In this document: positions 51,045 through 62,999 of the stretch, in pieces
How the letters are laid out: each line of letters opens with the position of its first letter
Position numbering within the stretch: the first letter of the stretch is position 1
Assembly (NCBI RefSeq): GCF_048593235.1
Contig: NC_133620.1
Coordinates: 444,755,261 to 444,819,260 of the forward strand
From: Sminthopsis crassicaudata
Taxonomy: Eukaryota
Length of the DNA: 64,000 nt
Direction of reading: 5' to 3'
The notes under the pieces: generated by a model
Databases searched by the model: none
The model's input: the letters and a program-made list of their open reading frames with translations, nothing else
Told to the model about the DNA's origin: nothing
Program-made: the position numbers and the translations under genes

Positions 51045-51894
51045 NNNNNNNNNNNNNNNNNNNNNNNNNNNNNNNNNNNNNNNNNNNNNNNNNNNNNNNN
51101 NNNNNNNNNNNNNNNNNNNNNNNNNNNNNNNNNNNNNNNNNNNNNNNNNNNNNNNNNNNNNNNNNNNNNNNNNNNNNNNNNNNNNNNNNNNNNNNNNNNN
51201 NNNNNNNNNNNNNNNNNNNNNNNNNNNNNNNNNNNNNNNNNNNNNNNNNNNNNNNNNNNNNNNNNNNNNNNNNNNNNNNNNNNNNNNNNNNNNNNNNNNN
51301 NNNNNNNNNNNNNNNNNNNNNNNNNNNNNNNNNNNNNNNNNNNNNNNNNNNNNNNNNNNNNNNNNNNNNNNNNNNNNNNNNNNNNNNNNNNNNNNNNNNN
51401 NNNNNNNNNNNNNNNNNNNNNNNNNNNNNNNNNNNNNNNNNNNNNNNNNNNNNNNNNNNNNNNNNNNNNNNNNNNNNNNNNNNNNNNNNNNNNNNNNNNN
51501 NNNNNNNNNNNNNNNNNNNNNNNNNNNNNNNNNNNNNNNNNNNNNNNNNNNNNNNNNNNNNNNNNNNNNNNNNNNNNNNNNNNNNNNNNNNNNNNNNNNN
51601 NNNNNNNNNNNNNNNNNNNNNNNNNNNNNNNNNNNNNNNNNNNNNNNNNNNNNNNNNNNNNNNNNNNNNNNNNNNNNNNNNNNNNNNNNNNNNNNNNNNN
51701 NNNNNNNNNNNNNNNNNNNNNNNNNNNNNNNNNNNNNNNNNNNNNNNNNNNNNNNNNNNNNNNNNNNNNNNNNNNNNNNNNNNNNNNNNNNNNNNNNNNN
51801 NNNNNNNNNNNNNNNNNNNNNNNNNNNNNNNNNNNNNNNNNNNNNNNNNNNNNNNNNNNNNNNNNNNNNNNNNNNNNNNNNNNNNNNNNNNNNN
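51045..51894. other. Assembly gap (850 N)
   Basis: Run of n flanked by CT-rich low-complexity sequence. Confidence 1.
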
Positions 51895-54800
51895 CCCCTC
51901 TTCCTCTCTCTTTTCTCTCTCTTTCTCTTTTCCCCACTCCCAATATCCCCTTGCCAAAATTAAGCTAGATGGGATATACAGAAATCCAAGCAAAGGGGGT
52001 GGAGGACCCCACTACAGACTGAAACCATACAGAGAATGTCCCTCAAAATACAGGGAACTAAAGATGAAAGGCTAGAGCAAATAGAAGCATCTTAGATCTG
52101 AACTGGAAAGAAGCTGGATTCCGTCTGACCTCTGGGAGAGGAAAGAAACAGAAAAGGAAAGAGGATCTCACTACATTCTCCTGACCCCATGCAGAAACAG
52201 GGAGAAGGAAACTAACCTCAGTTTAGGATTGTCATTCAGTTAAAAAGAAACAAGAGAAGACTTCTGTTTTTGCCCTTGAGTTTCAGTCAGAAATTCAAAT
52301 CACAAATCTAGCCAGATTTGGGGGATTTTCTGCCCTTTCCCCCTCAAGCAAAGGAAGTATGATATAATGGTGAGAAGACTGGACTTGGAGACAGAAAGTC
52401 TGAGATTCAAATCCAATAATTGACATGGCTGGGAGTTTCTTATGTTATGTTATGACTTAACATTTCTATACCTAAGATTTCCACATCTGTAAAATGGGAA
52501 GAATAATAATAATAAGGCATGCTAATTTCCTCAATGAATTGTGAGGCTCAAATGTAATGATACAAGTAATATAAGCTCTTTGCAAATCTTAGAGCATTTT
52601 GTAAATGTTGCTGCTGTTACTATTGTTTTTATTACATAAGAGAGGAAATGCACAAAAATGTAATTCCTAGACCCAGATTAATGTATTATAATCACACTGA
52701 AGTTCTAAGCTAATCACTCATTTCTTCCAAGTCTTATTTATTTTTACACACCTGGAAATCTATTCTAAAGCTCACTACCCTAATTTTCTATCTAGAGAAA
52801 ACTGAGGTATTAAAAGAGAACAAATTTTCCCAACATCATAAGGCACGGGTTTGGAAATCATCTTGAAGAAGAAAGAACCCCAAATTGGGAGCCAGGGGAG
52901 CAAAGCTAGAACTTTGCTTCTGCTACTAATTACCTCATAGAGCTCTTCACTTGAATCTGGTAGACATCTCAAATTCAACACGTCCCATGAAGAACCCATT
53001 ATCTTTCCTCTCTCAAACCAGCCCTCTACTTCCAAACTTCCCTGTTTTTGTCAAAAGCACCATCATCTTTCCAGTCACCAAAGTTCTCAAACTTGGGGAC
53101 ATCCTCAACTTTTCATCCACTGTTATCTAATCATTTGCCATATCTTTTCACAATATCTTTTTGCATTGTCTCCTCTCCAGTCACACAACCACCATCTTTC
53201 TTCAAGTCTTCCTCATTGAAATTATTGTGAGGAAATGACTATGAAGACTTTAAAAAGTTCCATTGAAATGTGAACTCTTAGTCATAGGATCATCACACTT
53301 TTAAACCAGGAAGGACCCTAAAAGTCATTTAGCTCAATATAGCCCTTTGAATTTTTCTTCCCAAGAACTTTTACATCTGCCAGGGAAGTTTTATCATGCT
53401 CCCAACAGCCCCAGGTAGTGCAGGGAACAAATAAATCATCATAGTATCCACTAACAATCAGCACCAACAAATGAAAAATATGTAATAATAATTATAGCAC
53501 CCATCATTTGTAAAACTCTTTGCAGTGTAGACTATTCATGGGATCATGTACTTAGGGCTCTATGGGACTTCAAGTTATTTAATCCAACTTCTTCGTTTTA
53601 TGGGTAAGGAAATTGAGACATTAAATTACCCCAAAATCACATAGGTAAGATTTGAGTCTCCCAGCAGGCTTGTGAAGTAGGCAGGAGAGGTAGATTGGGT
53701 AACTTGTCCAAGATCATGTAGCCAGTCCATGGGGGAGACAGAACTAGGATTGGGAATGGAACTTCGCGCTTTTCAAAACAATTGACTCTCACCACAATCC
53801 TGTGAAGTAACATGTTAGCAGCATGTATATTGCCCTTTATTTCAAATTATGAAACTAAGATGTGACAAGGCTTGACTAAAAATGAATTCATTAAGACTTG
53901 GTTTAAGTCACCTAATCCCTCTAGAACTGGCCATTTCTACCTCAGGTGCTAAAGTGCATAGACAGGTAATCTGTCCAAGGTCATATAGCTAAAGTCTCAG
54001 GTAAGGTCTAGGGCAAGCATAGGAGAGGGGCAGACAGAGGCCAAGGTAAATCAATTGTTATCTTCAGTATTTCATCTGTGGACCATTTAACCTCTAAAAC
54101 TATACCCTGGAAAGGACCTTCAAGCCCAATGAGGGAACTGAGTTTCAGAGTGAAGAAATTACTTTGAAAGGGAGCAAACCCAGGTTCCCCCATTTCAAAT
54201 CCAGCTCTCTTTTCACTATGCCATGTGTGATTCCATATAAGGATGTAGACTCTTTAAGACCGGGAATCTTTTGTTGCATCTCCAATTCCTGATATTTCAC
54301 CTCTGGTCCATAATGCTTGATGAGTAGAATTGAACTGAAAAAATCCAACCTCTTGGGTTGGGGGGGATTCTGAATCTTAGCACAGTATGTTATTTCTCAC
54401 TTGTTGTTTGGGTAGATCTTCTGTAGGGGATCCTTTTACCAAACAAAGATGGGGCTTGTGTCAATCTCTGGGCACAATGGTGTTTCTCAGATAAGACTGA
54501 GTATTGGTGATTTCTGATTCTGCTACTTAACATCTGTGTGATGATAAGTAAATCACTTCTCTCTGAGCCTCAGTTTCCTCCTCTATTAAAGGAACAAGTT
54601 GGATCTGATGAATACTAAGTTATAAGGAATATAAAAAGACAAAAGAGTAAAGTCGGGGACAAGAGCCTTAGGAATAAGAAGATGAAGATCCAACAAACAA
54701 GACCAAGGAAAGAGTCAGACAGACAGGAGACAATGTTAGAACCATGTTAGAAAACCATAGGAGGGAGCAAATGTCCAGGAGGAGCCGGTGATCAACAATG

Positions 54801-55808
54801 TTAAAAGCTAACAAAAGAAAAGAAGATGAGGACTGAGGAAAGGCCACAGGACTTGATAATTAAATATTTTTAGGCTTCATCTTAGAGCCCCCTAACCTCT
54901 CTCCCCCACAGCCACAGTGATCCTCTTCACCTTTATCTGATTGTGATGCAGCATTTTCCATTTCCTTTTTTTCTTGCCTTCCTCAATTCATTCATGGCAG
55001 CTCTCAGAATCTGAATCATAAGAGAGATGGGGGTGTCCCTGAAAAGTGAGTCAGGAGGGGATAACTGGTAAACTCAACATTTCCAGACAGGCTGAAGGGG
55101 CTTCAGGTTCTACTATAATGTTTGTGAGTTTCAGCATGGACTTGGAATGTAGAGAGGGAAGAGAAAAGGAGATGTCCCAGAATATAATGGCTTCAGCAAA
55201 GAGAAAAACAGACCCATTTAATTGAAATGATAATTGGAAAGAAAACTATGATGTTTGAATTGGAATTAAGTTCCTCTCTGTGCACAACTAACCACCTTAC
55301 TTTCTCCACCCCACCTCTTCATCTTTGATTTCTTCCTGCTCACTGGATTCTTCCCTACTGCCTATAAAAGTTGCTCTCAAAAATAAATGCTTATTTTCAT
55401 TTGTGTATACTTTTAGCATCTATCCATCCTAATGTCTTCCACCTCCTTCATTGTTAATACATATAATTTTACAAAACAATCTGCCATTGTTTAGCCAATA
55501 ACCAAAAATATATTTCTTTCTTGAGAGATTTTTTAAGTATTTTATTTTAAGTATATCACCTCTCTGAAAGGAGATGAGAGTCGTGTTTTATATTCAGGCT
55601 TCTGGACTTGGGGTTTATCATTTTCACTGATCAGAGTTCAAAAGTCTTTCAAAGTTGCTTTTCTCTCTAATGTTTTTGCCACTGTATAAAACGTTCTAGT
55701 TCTGTTCACTTTGCTTTGCATCATTTTATAGAGGAATTCCAGGTTCCTCTGAAACTGTCCATTTGAACATGTCTTTATTATTTCTTTTTTATTATGTCAC
55801 AACATAAT

Positions 55809-56230
55809 TGATGTAAACTGAGATCTTGGGGGGAAGGGTGGTCCTGAGTTAGAAATCTCAAACCTCTGGGGGGGAGCACCCTCCTGTTCATAGTGGAAAC
55901 TCCCAGATAGTAATCTCCTCCAATTCAATTAGAGATCTTGGCCAGGGACATAATCACCACCCTCTATGGGATTGAAAATTAGTCCCTCAAATTGCTCCCT
56001 GGCTCGACAAAAATACAATATAATCAAAGGCTGTCGCCCAAACTTTTGCAAAAATCCTAACAGGATTTTATCCACTAAGAAAATTGTTTCCTTAGTGTAA
56101 TAAATCTATTTTTGCCACAAATCTCACTTCATTCATTTGGGTTTGCGAATTATTTTGAAAAACCTGCAACTGGCCACAGGACCCATTGCTGTCAGAGGTT
56201 CTCTCAATCTTTATTTCTCACACCTCAACA
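55809..56230 (+). mobile_element. Solo ERV LTR (ERV1-like) nested in an old antisense L1
   Basis: TG...CA termini; 4-bp TSD taat at 55805-55808 and 56231-56234; internal AATAAA at 56099-56104; L1 sequence resumes on both sides. Confidence 0.65.
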
Positions 56231-56885
56231 TAATAATATTCTATTATATTTATATAACAATTTATTTAGCCATAGTCCAATAGAAGGGTACCTCTCCTCT
56301 TGGAAGGAGAAATGCTTCCCCCTTTTGCTACTATGAAGAGTGTTAGTGTTGAGCCTCAGTTCCTCTGTACCAAATGCTTTAGAAGCATATTGCCATTCAA
56401 AAAAACTCTACACATTAAATTAATAAATCTCTACTCGCCTCAGTTTCTCTGGCATTGCAATAAATATTTTTGTTAATTTTGATCTTTTTCCTCTTTCTTT
56501 GATAACACTAGTAATGGTATAGATGGGTCAAAGAGTGGTAACATTTTTTTAATCTTTTGGCTATAGTTCCAATTTGCCTATCATAATGCTGGACCAATTT
56601 ACAATTCTATTACTACTGTACTAGTGTGTCTGTTTTTCTATAACCCCTCCAATATCTATAATTTTCCTCTTAGGTCATCTTTGCCAGTCTGGTGCATGAG
56701 CAATAGAACCTCAAAGTTGCTTCATTTGCAGTTTTCCAATCATTAAAAATTTAGATCATTTTTTTTTCATATGGAGACTGATTTTTTTCATATGGTTGTT
56801 AATGACTTCCTTTGAAAATTGTCTTTTGTTATTTTTTGAGCATTTATTTTCTAAGGAGTACATAAATTTTAATCAGTTCCTTAAA

Positions 56886-57034
56886 GGGGCAGCTAGATGG
56901 TGTAGTGGATAGAGTACCGGCCCTGCCGTCAGGAGGACCTGAGTTCAAATCTGGTCTCAGACACTTTACACTTCCTAGCTGTGTGACCCTGGGCAAGTCA
57001 CTTAACCCCAATTGCTTCAGCAAAAAGGAAAAAA
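56886..57034 (+). mobile_element. Marsupial SINE (WSINE1-like) with TSD
   Basis: Near-consensus body; TSD aatcagttccttaaa at 56871-56885 and 57035-57049. Confidence 0.92.
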
Positions 57035-58702
57035 AATCAGTTCCTTAAATAATTTGGATAAAAGAACTTGATCAGGAAAATCTGCTGTAAGATTGTTTTT
57101 GGGATTTGGTTTTGGTTTGGGGTTTTTTTTGTTGTTGTTGTTTCATTTTGTTTTACCTCCCAATTACCCAGTGTCCCTACTAATTTTAATTATATTTGAT
57201 TTGTTTAAGAAAAATATTTTTAGCCAATATTTTCCATTTTATCTTGTATTATCTTCTAAATCATTTCTTTATTCATGAATCTTACCTCTCTCCATAAATC
57301 CCAACAGAATTTCTTCCTTTATCTTTATTTGTTTTTTTTTTTTTATATTTTTATATGACCTTTTATATCTGGCTCATGAATCCATTTGGAATTATCTTGG
57401 TACATGGTATGCAATGTTGTTCTAAACCCATTTTCTGACAATGTCCTGTTTTTCCAATAGTTTTTTGTCAAAGAGGGAGATCTCCTCTTTCCCAAACAAG
57501 ATCTTCAGAAGATTTTCACATTCCCCTCAAGCTATCATCCTATATTTTTCCTTTATTTCACTGCTAAATACACAAAAAAATTGCATACACTGGCTCTCTA
57601 CATTTCCTCAATGATTAGTCATAATCAATTATAATCTCTGGCAACTCCATCAGTGCACTGAAATTTTTTTTTTTTTTTAAGGATTAGCAATAAGCTTTTT
57701 TTATCCCTCCTTCCTCAACTCTCACCCTCTTTCAGTAACTTTCAACAATGGTGACTCCAGCTCCTCCCTTGACTTTTCTAATGCTGTTTAATCCTAGTTC
57801 TCCTGCCTGTCTGACCTAGTCTCCTTTGCTGGTTCTTTATCCTCCTCTTATCTCAAGGTCCTCTCTCTTTATATTCTTTTTTCTGGTGAGCTCATCCATC
57901 CCCCTAAGTTCAATTATTTCCTCCATTCAGATAATTCTTAGCTCTATACATTCACTCTGAACTTCTCTTGACATCTCTGACCACCTGGACGTTGGCAAAT
58001 TCATGTTCAATTATGAACATGTCGCCTTTCTCTTAATTTCCCTTTTCCAGTTGTTGACACCATCTTTTAATTAAAACAACAACAAAAAAGTTTCATAATT
58101 TTTTTTACAACAAAGAAATTTCCAAATGACTCCCCTCACTCAAAGACCCTCCCTTGTTACGAAGAGATACAACCATAAATCATATACTGAATGAATAAAA
58201 AAAAAAGTATATCTCATTCTCTATCTCCAGTCTAACACTTCTCTTCTGAAAGGTGGATGAAACGCTATTCATTATTGAAATCATGATCTATCATTACTTT
58301 GATCAAAGTTTATAAATGTTTCAATGCTGTTTGTCTTTACATGTTATAATCGCTATTTACATGCTTTTCCTGATTCTATTCACCTTATTCTGCATAAGTT
58401 CATAGAAATCTTTCTGGGTAACTCTGAAGTCATCTGGCCATATAATCAAATTTATTGCAACCACTTGTCACACTTTGCTTAGTCATTTACAAATTTCCTT
58501 TTACTTCCTTTGCTACTTCAAAAAAAAATTCTGCTAAAAATATTTCTGTATGTAGGGGAACTTTGACTCTGTCTGTGACCTCCTTGTTGCCTATGTCAAA
58601 AATGATATTTCTAAGTCAAAAATCACTTTACTAGAATTTCTAGCATAATTTTAAATTGAACAGTTAGGATAAATTCATAGCTCCATCAATAATGTATCTG
58701 TT

Positions 58703-58856
58703 GGGGACAGCTAGGTGGCACAATGCATAGAGCACCAGCCCTGAAGTCAAGAGGACCTCAGTTCAAATCTGATCTCAGACACTTAACACTTCCTAGCTGT
58801 GTGACCTTGGGCAAGTCACTTAACCCCAATTGCCTCAGCAAAAAATAAAAAATAAA
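58703..58856 (+). mobile_element. Marsupial SINE (WSINE1-like) with TSD
   Basis: Near-consensus body; TSD aataatgtatctgt at 58688-58701 and 58857-58870. Confidence 0.92.
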
Positions 58857-58879
58857 AATAATGTATCTGTGTATACAGC

Positions 58880-60330
58880 CAATATTAGAAGAGAAGCAAA
58901 AAGCTAAGAAACAATTTTTACAGCCAATGTTTCTCCTAAGGGTTTAATTTCTAAAAATGAGTCAAATTTATGAGAATACAAGTCATTTCCCAATTAATAA
59001 ATGGTCAAAGGATATGAACAATTTTCAGATGAAAAAATTTAAGCATCTCTAATCATATGAAAAAATGCTCTAACTCATTATTGAGTAGAGAAATGCGAAT
59101 TAAAACAATTGTGAGGTACCACCTCACATCAAATTGGCTAAGATGGCAGGAAAAGATAGTAATAAATGTTGGAGGGGATGTGAGAAAACTGGGACACTGA
59201 TGCATTGTTGGAAGAGTTGTGAACTGATCCAACCATTCTGGAGAGCAATTTGGAACTGTTCCCCAAAGGCTATCAAACCATGCATACTCTTTTTTTCTGT
59301 TTATGTACTTTTAATATATATTATTTTATGAATTATGTTGGGAGAGAAAAATTAGAGCAAAAGGGGAAAAACATGGGAGAGATAAAAAGACAGAAAAAAA
59401 AGTGAATATAGCATGTATTGATTTACATTTAATCTCTTTAGTTCTTTTTCTAGGTTCAGATGGCATTTTCTATCCAAAGACTATTAGGTTGCTTTGATCA
59501 CTAAACCACTGAGAAGAACTAAGCTTTTCATAGTTGATCATCACACATTCTTGCTGTTACTGCATACAATGTATTCCTGGTTCTGCTTATTTCGCAAAGC
59601 ATGAGTTTATGTAAATCTTTCTAGGCCTTTCTGTAATCAGTTTGTTCATCATTTTTAGTAGAACAATATTCCATTATCTTCATGTACCACAACTTGTTGA
59701 GTCATTTCCCAATTGATGGGCACCCATTCCCTTTCCAATTCTTTGCTAGCACAAAAAAGCTACTACAAACTTTTTTATGCATACCCTTTGATGCACCGGT
59801 ACCATTTCTGGATCTGGATCTCAAAGAGATCATAAGAGAGGGAAAAGAAGTCACATGTGCAAAAATGTTTGTAACAGTTCTTTTTGTTGTAGCAAGGAAT
59901 TGGAAACTGAATGGGCACCCAGCAACTAGGAAATGACTGAATGTTAGGGTATATGGATGTAATGGAATATGATGATTCCATAAGAAATGATGAAAAGACT
60001 GATTTCAGAAAATCCTGGAAAGACTTATTCTGCTGAGCAGAACCAAGGAAATATTGTACAGAGTAACAGCAAGATTGCATGATGATCAACTCGGATAGGC
60101 TTAGCTCTTCTCAGCAATTCAGTGATCCAAGGCAATTCTAATAGAGTTTGAATGGAAAATGTCACCTGCATTCAGAGAAAGAAGATGGAAATTGAATGTG
60201 CATAGGAACATACTATTTTCACCTTTTTTCCTTCTTTTTTTTTCTTTCTCATGGTTTTTTTCCTTTTATTTTTTTCTCTCCCAACATGACTCATATGGAA
60301 AAAGACAAATGTACATGCATAATCTAAAAC
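58880..60330 (+). mobile_element. L1 ORF2 3' region with a nested antisense L1 (~59291-59776)
   Basis: ORF track 59134..59331 (CWRGCEKTGTLMHCW...) is L1 ORF2; the sense L1 resumes at ~59777 after a duplicated atgcatac(t/c)ct. Confidence 0.8.
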
Positions 60331-61700
60331 AAAACAAAAAACCATTATGTATCTGTGTGCATATCATCCCCTAGTACCTCCTCACATTTGCCATTTTTAT
60401 TTTTGTCATTGTTGCCAACTTAACAAGTGTAAGGTGAACCCCTAAGACTCATCTTTGAGTCTACTCTCTCTGATATCCAATCAATTGCCAAGTTTTATTG
60501 ATTCTACTTTTACAACCTCTCTCATATCCATCTTCTTCTCTCCACTCAAACTGATATCACTCTAGTTCAGACTATCATCATCACCTCTTATGTGTATTCT
60601 CTTAATAGCCTCTTAACTGGCCTCTATGCCTCCATTGTTTTCTCCAGTTATTTTTCTACACATTTGCCAAAATAATCTTTTTAAGATGTAGTTTGACCAT
60701 GTCACCCCCTCCCACCTCTCACTCACACGCAGTTTGATGGTAAGCTCCTTGATAACCGAGGCTGTCTTTTGCCTCTTTTGCCTCAGTGTTTAGCACATAA
60801 TCCGGCACATAGTAGGTACTTAATAATGACTAACTGAGGACTCAAAAACCTTCAGTGATGCCCTATTTTATCTATGATAAGATAAATAAAGATTCCTTAG
60901 AATAGCATTTAACACCATCCACAATTTAGTTCCAAACTACTTTCCAAATTTTATTTCATATTCCTCCCCTTTATTTTCTATACATTTTGGTCAAGCTAGA
61001 CTATTTTTCTTGAATTTGACGTGCCATCACTTATCTCTGGACTTTCACACACCTCTTCCCCAGGCTTGGAATTTATACTCTCTTCATATTGGTTTTTCAG
61101 GATTCTTCATTTTCTTTGAGACTCATCTCAGAAAGAAACCTTTCTTCAACATCTAGCTACATTTACTCTCTTTCATATTTTCCTAAAGTAGCTTGCCTAG
61201 ATCTCTCATTTGACGTAATACTTGATTTATTAGATAATAAATGTTTATTATTACCACCACTCTTTGCCTCATATTAGATTTATCTCTATTTGTGCTATTC
61301 TCTACTCTCCAACTCCAAATTGAATATAAGCTCTCTGAGGGCAGGAACTGAGCTGTATATTCTTTGTATCCCTAGCACAAGAAGCAATATTGTACAGACA
61401 TAGAGAGTTGGCCTCCAAACCAACCAGATTTGGGTCAAATCTTGCCTCTAATACAGCCTGACAATTTTCTTGTCAAGACTTCTAGGTATTCTAGACAACC
61501 CCATAAAACTATAAAATTCAGAATGACTATTCTTCTGCATTGGTAGAGTATGCTTCCTTATCCAAGAATCACTCACACTAGGGACATCACAGGGCTGTCC
61601 CAAAAAGTCTTTCTTGGTCCATAGAATGAGACAGACACAAATGTCATTGGATAAATAAATGATTGAATAGTGATACAATTGGTCAGATGATTAGGTTGCT

Positions 61701-62027
61701 TTATTATTATTATTATTGTTATAGCTTTTTACAAGATGGGTAATTTTTCAGCATTGACCCTTGCAAAACCTTCTGTTCCAACTTTTCCCCTCTTTCCCCA
61801 CTCCCTCTCCCAGATGGAAGGTAGACCAATACATGTTAAATATGTTAAAGTATAAGTTAAATACAATATATGTATACATATCCATACAATTATTTTGCTG
61901 CACAAGAAAAATCAGACTTAGAAATAAGGTAAAATTAATCTGAGAAGGAAAACAAAAATGCAAGTGGACAGAAAAGAGATATTGGAAATGCTATGTAGTG
62001 GTTCACACTCATTTCCCAGAGTAGGCC
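61701..62027 (-). mobile_element. L1 3' end
   Basis: (TTA)n tail, L1 3'UTR motifs, flanking direct repeat attaggttg. Confidence 0.75.
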
Positions 62028-62807
62028 ATTAGGTTGTTATGGTTGATGGTTTGAACACATCCAAATTTGCTTGTCCTGCAAATTCAAGTACTCACAACTA
62101 TCATTTATTTTATTGTTTTGTTTTGTTTTACAAGGAAGAAAGGTATACTAGAGCAGGGCTCAAGGCTTAGTAGACCTGACTTCAGATCTTGCCTCCTACG
62201 CATACTGCCTATGACCCCAAGAAAGTCACTTAGCAATAAGACTTGAAGTTGCCAAGAAGGTGCTGACCTGAACTAATAGAGTTTCCTCACCTGGGACTTC
62301 CTTACACCAAAGAAATCACAGATCCATTCATTACCATTATTCCAATGAATCATTGAAAATCTAACTTTAATTTTCCCATCTTCCTTTCCCTCACCCCTTA
62401 ACCCCCAATCTTCTTGACTTTTTCTAATGAAATTTTTTACTCTTTCTAGTGTGGAGAAAATAATGTTGCTTATTTAATCACGAGACTCTGGGATAGCCCC
62501 TTGTTTGTGATTGTAATCATCATATGGAACATCAAAAGTTTCAACTCCTTAGAAGGGAAACAAAACAGACAGCCTACATCTAGTTCAGTTCTCATGAGGA
62601 GGAACTAACTATTAATAGTAATAGCCTGATATCCTTCTCTCTATCTTATTAGAGAAGATAATTTCCCTCTTCCACCCTCCTCCCCCAACAAATGCTTCCT
62701 CATCACCCCACTCCTTTTAGTACTTCATAATCAAGTAGCTGAAATTATGACCATTCTTGGATATTCTGGGGCCACATGACACATAGAGTGCTCTTTAGTT
62801 GTGCAAG

Positions 62808-62886
62808 TGACATCATGACGTCAAGCTTACTAAGAAAAGTTCTAAGATGTTCCAATTTCCTACGAGATCCAGCATCCCCTATAAAA
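62808..62886 (+). promoter_or_regulatory. Promoter of the plus-strand CCL3-like gene
   Basis: TGACATCA at 62808-62815 abuts the perfect CRE TGACGTCA at 62816-62823; TATAAAA at 62880-62886. Confidence 0.75.
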
Positions 62887-62999
62887 AGCAGCCTGGCAAA
62901 GAATGGGTGACAGAAAGAGCCAAGGAACTCAGAACTCAGAAATCTCTCCTAGCTGAAGAGCTCATCCTACTCCTGGGACTCCTGCCCTTCACCAGCATC

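Larger units (their letters stand above)
55350..57430 (-). mobile_element. Old antisense L1 interrupted by an LTR and a SINE
   Basis: Degenerate L1 ORF2/3'UTR motifs; a similar remnant at ~58070-58690. Confidence 0.6.

Noticed and set aside
50972-51993. The two longest ORFs in the track (323 and 329 aa)
   Set aside because: They are artefacts of translating the N gap.
56886-57034. tRNA genes
   Set aside because: The tRNA-like heads belong to SINEs with A tails and TSDs.
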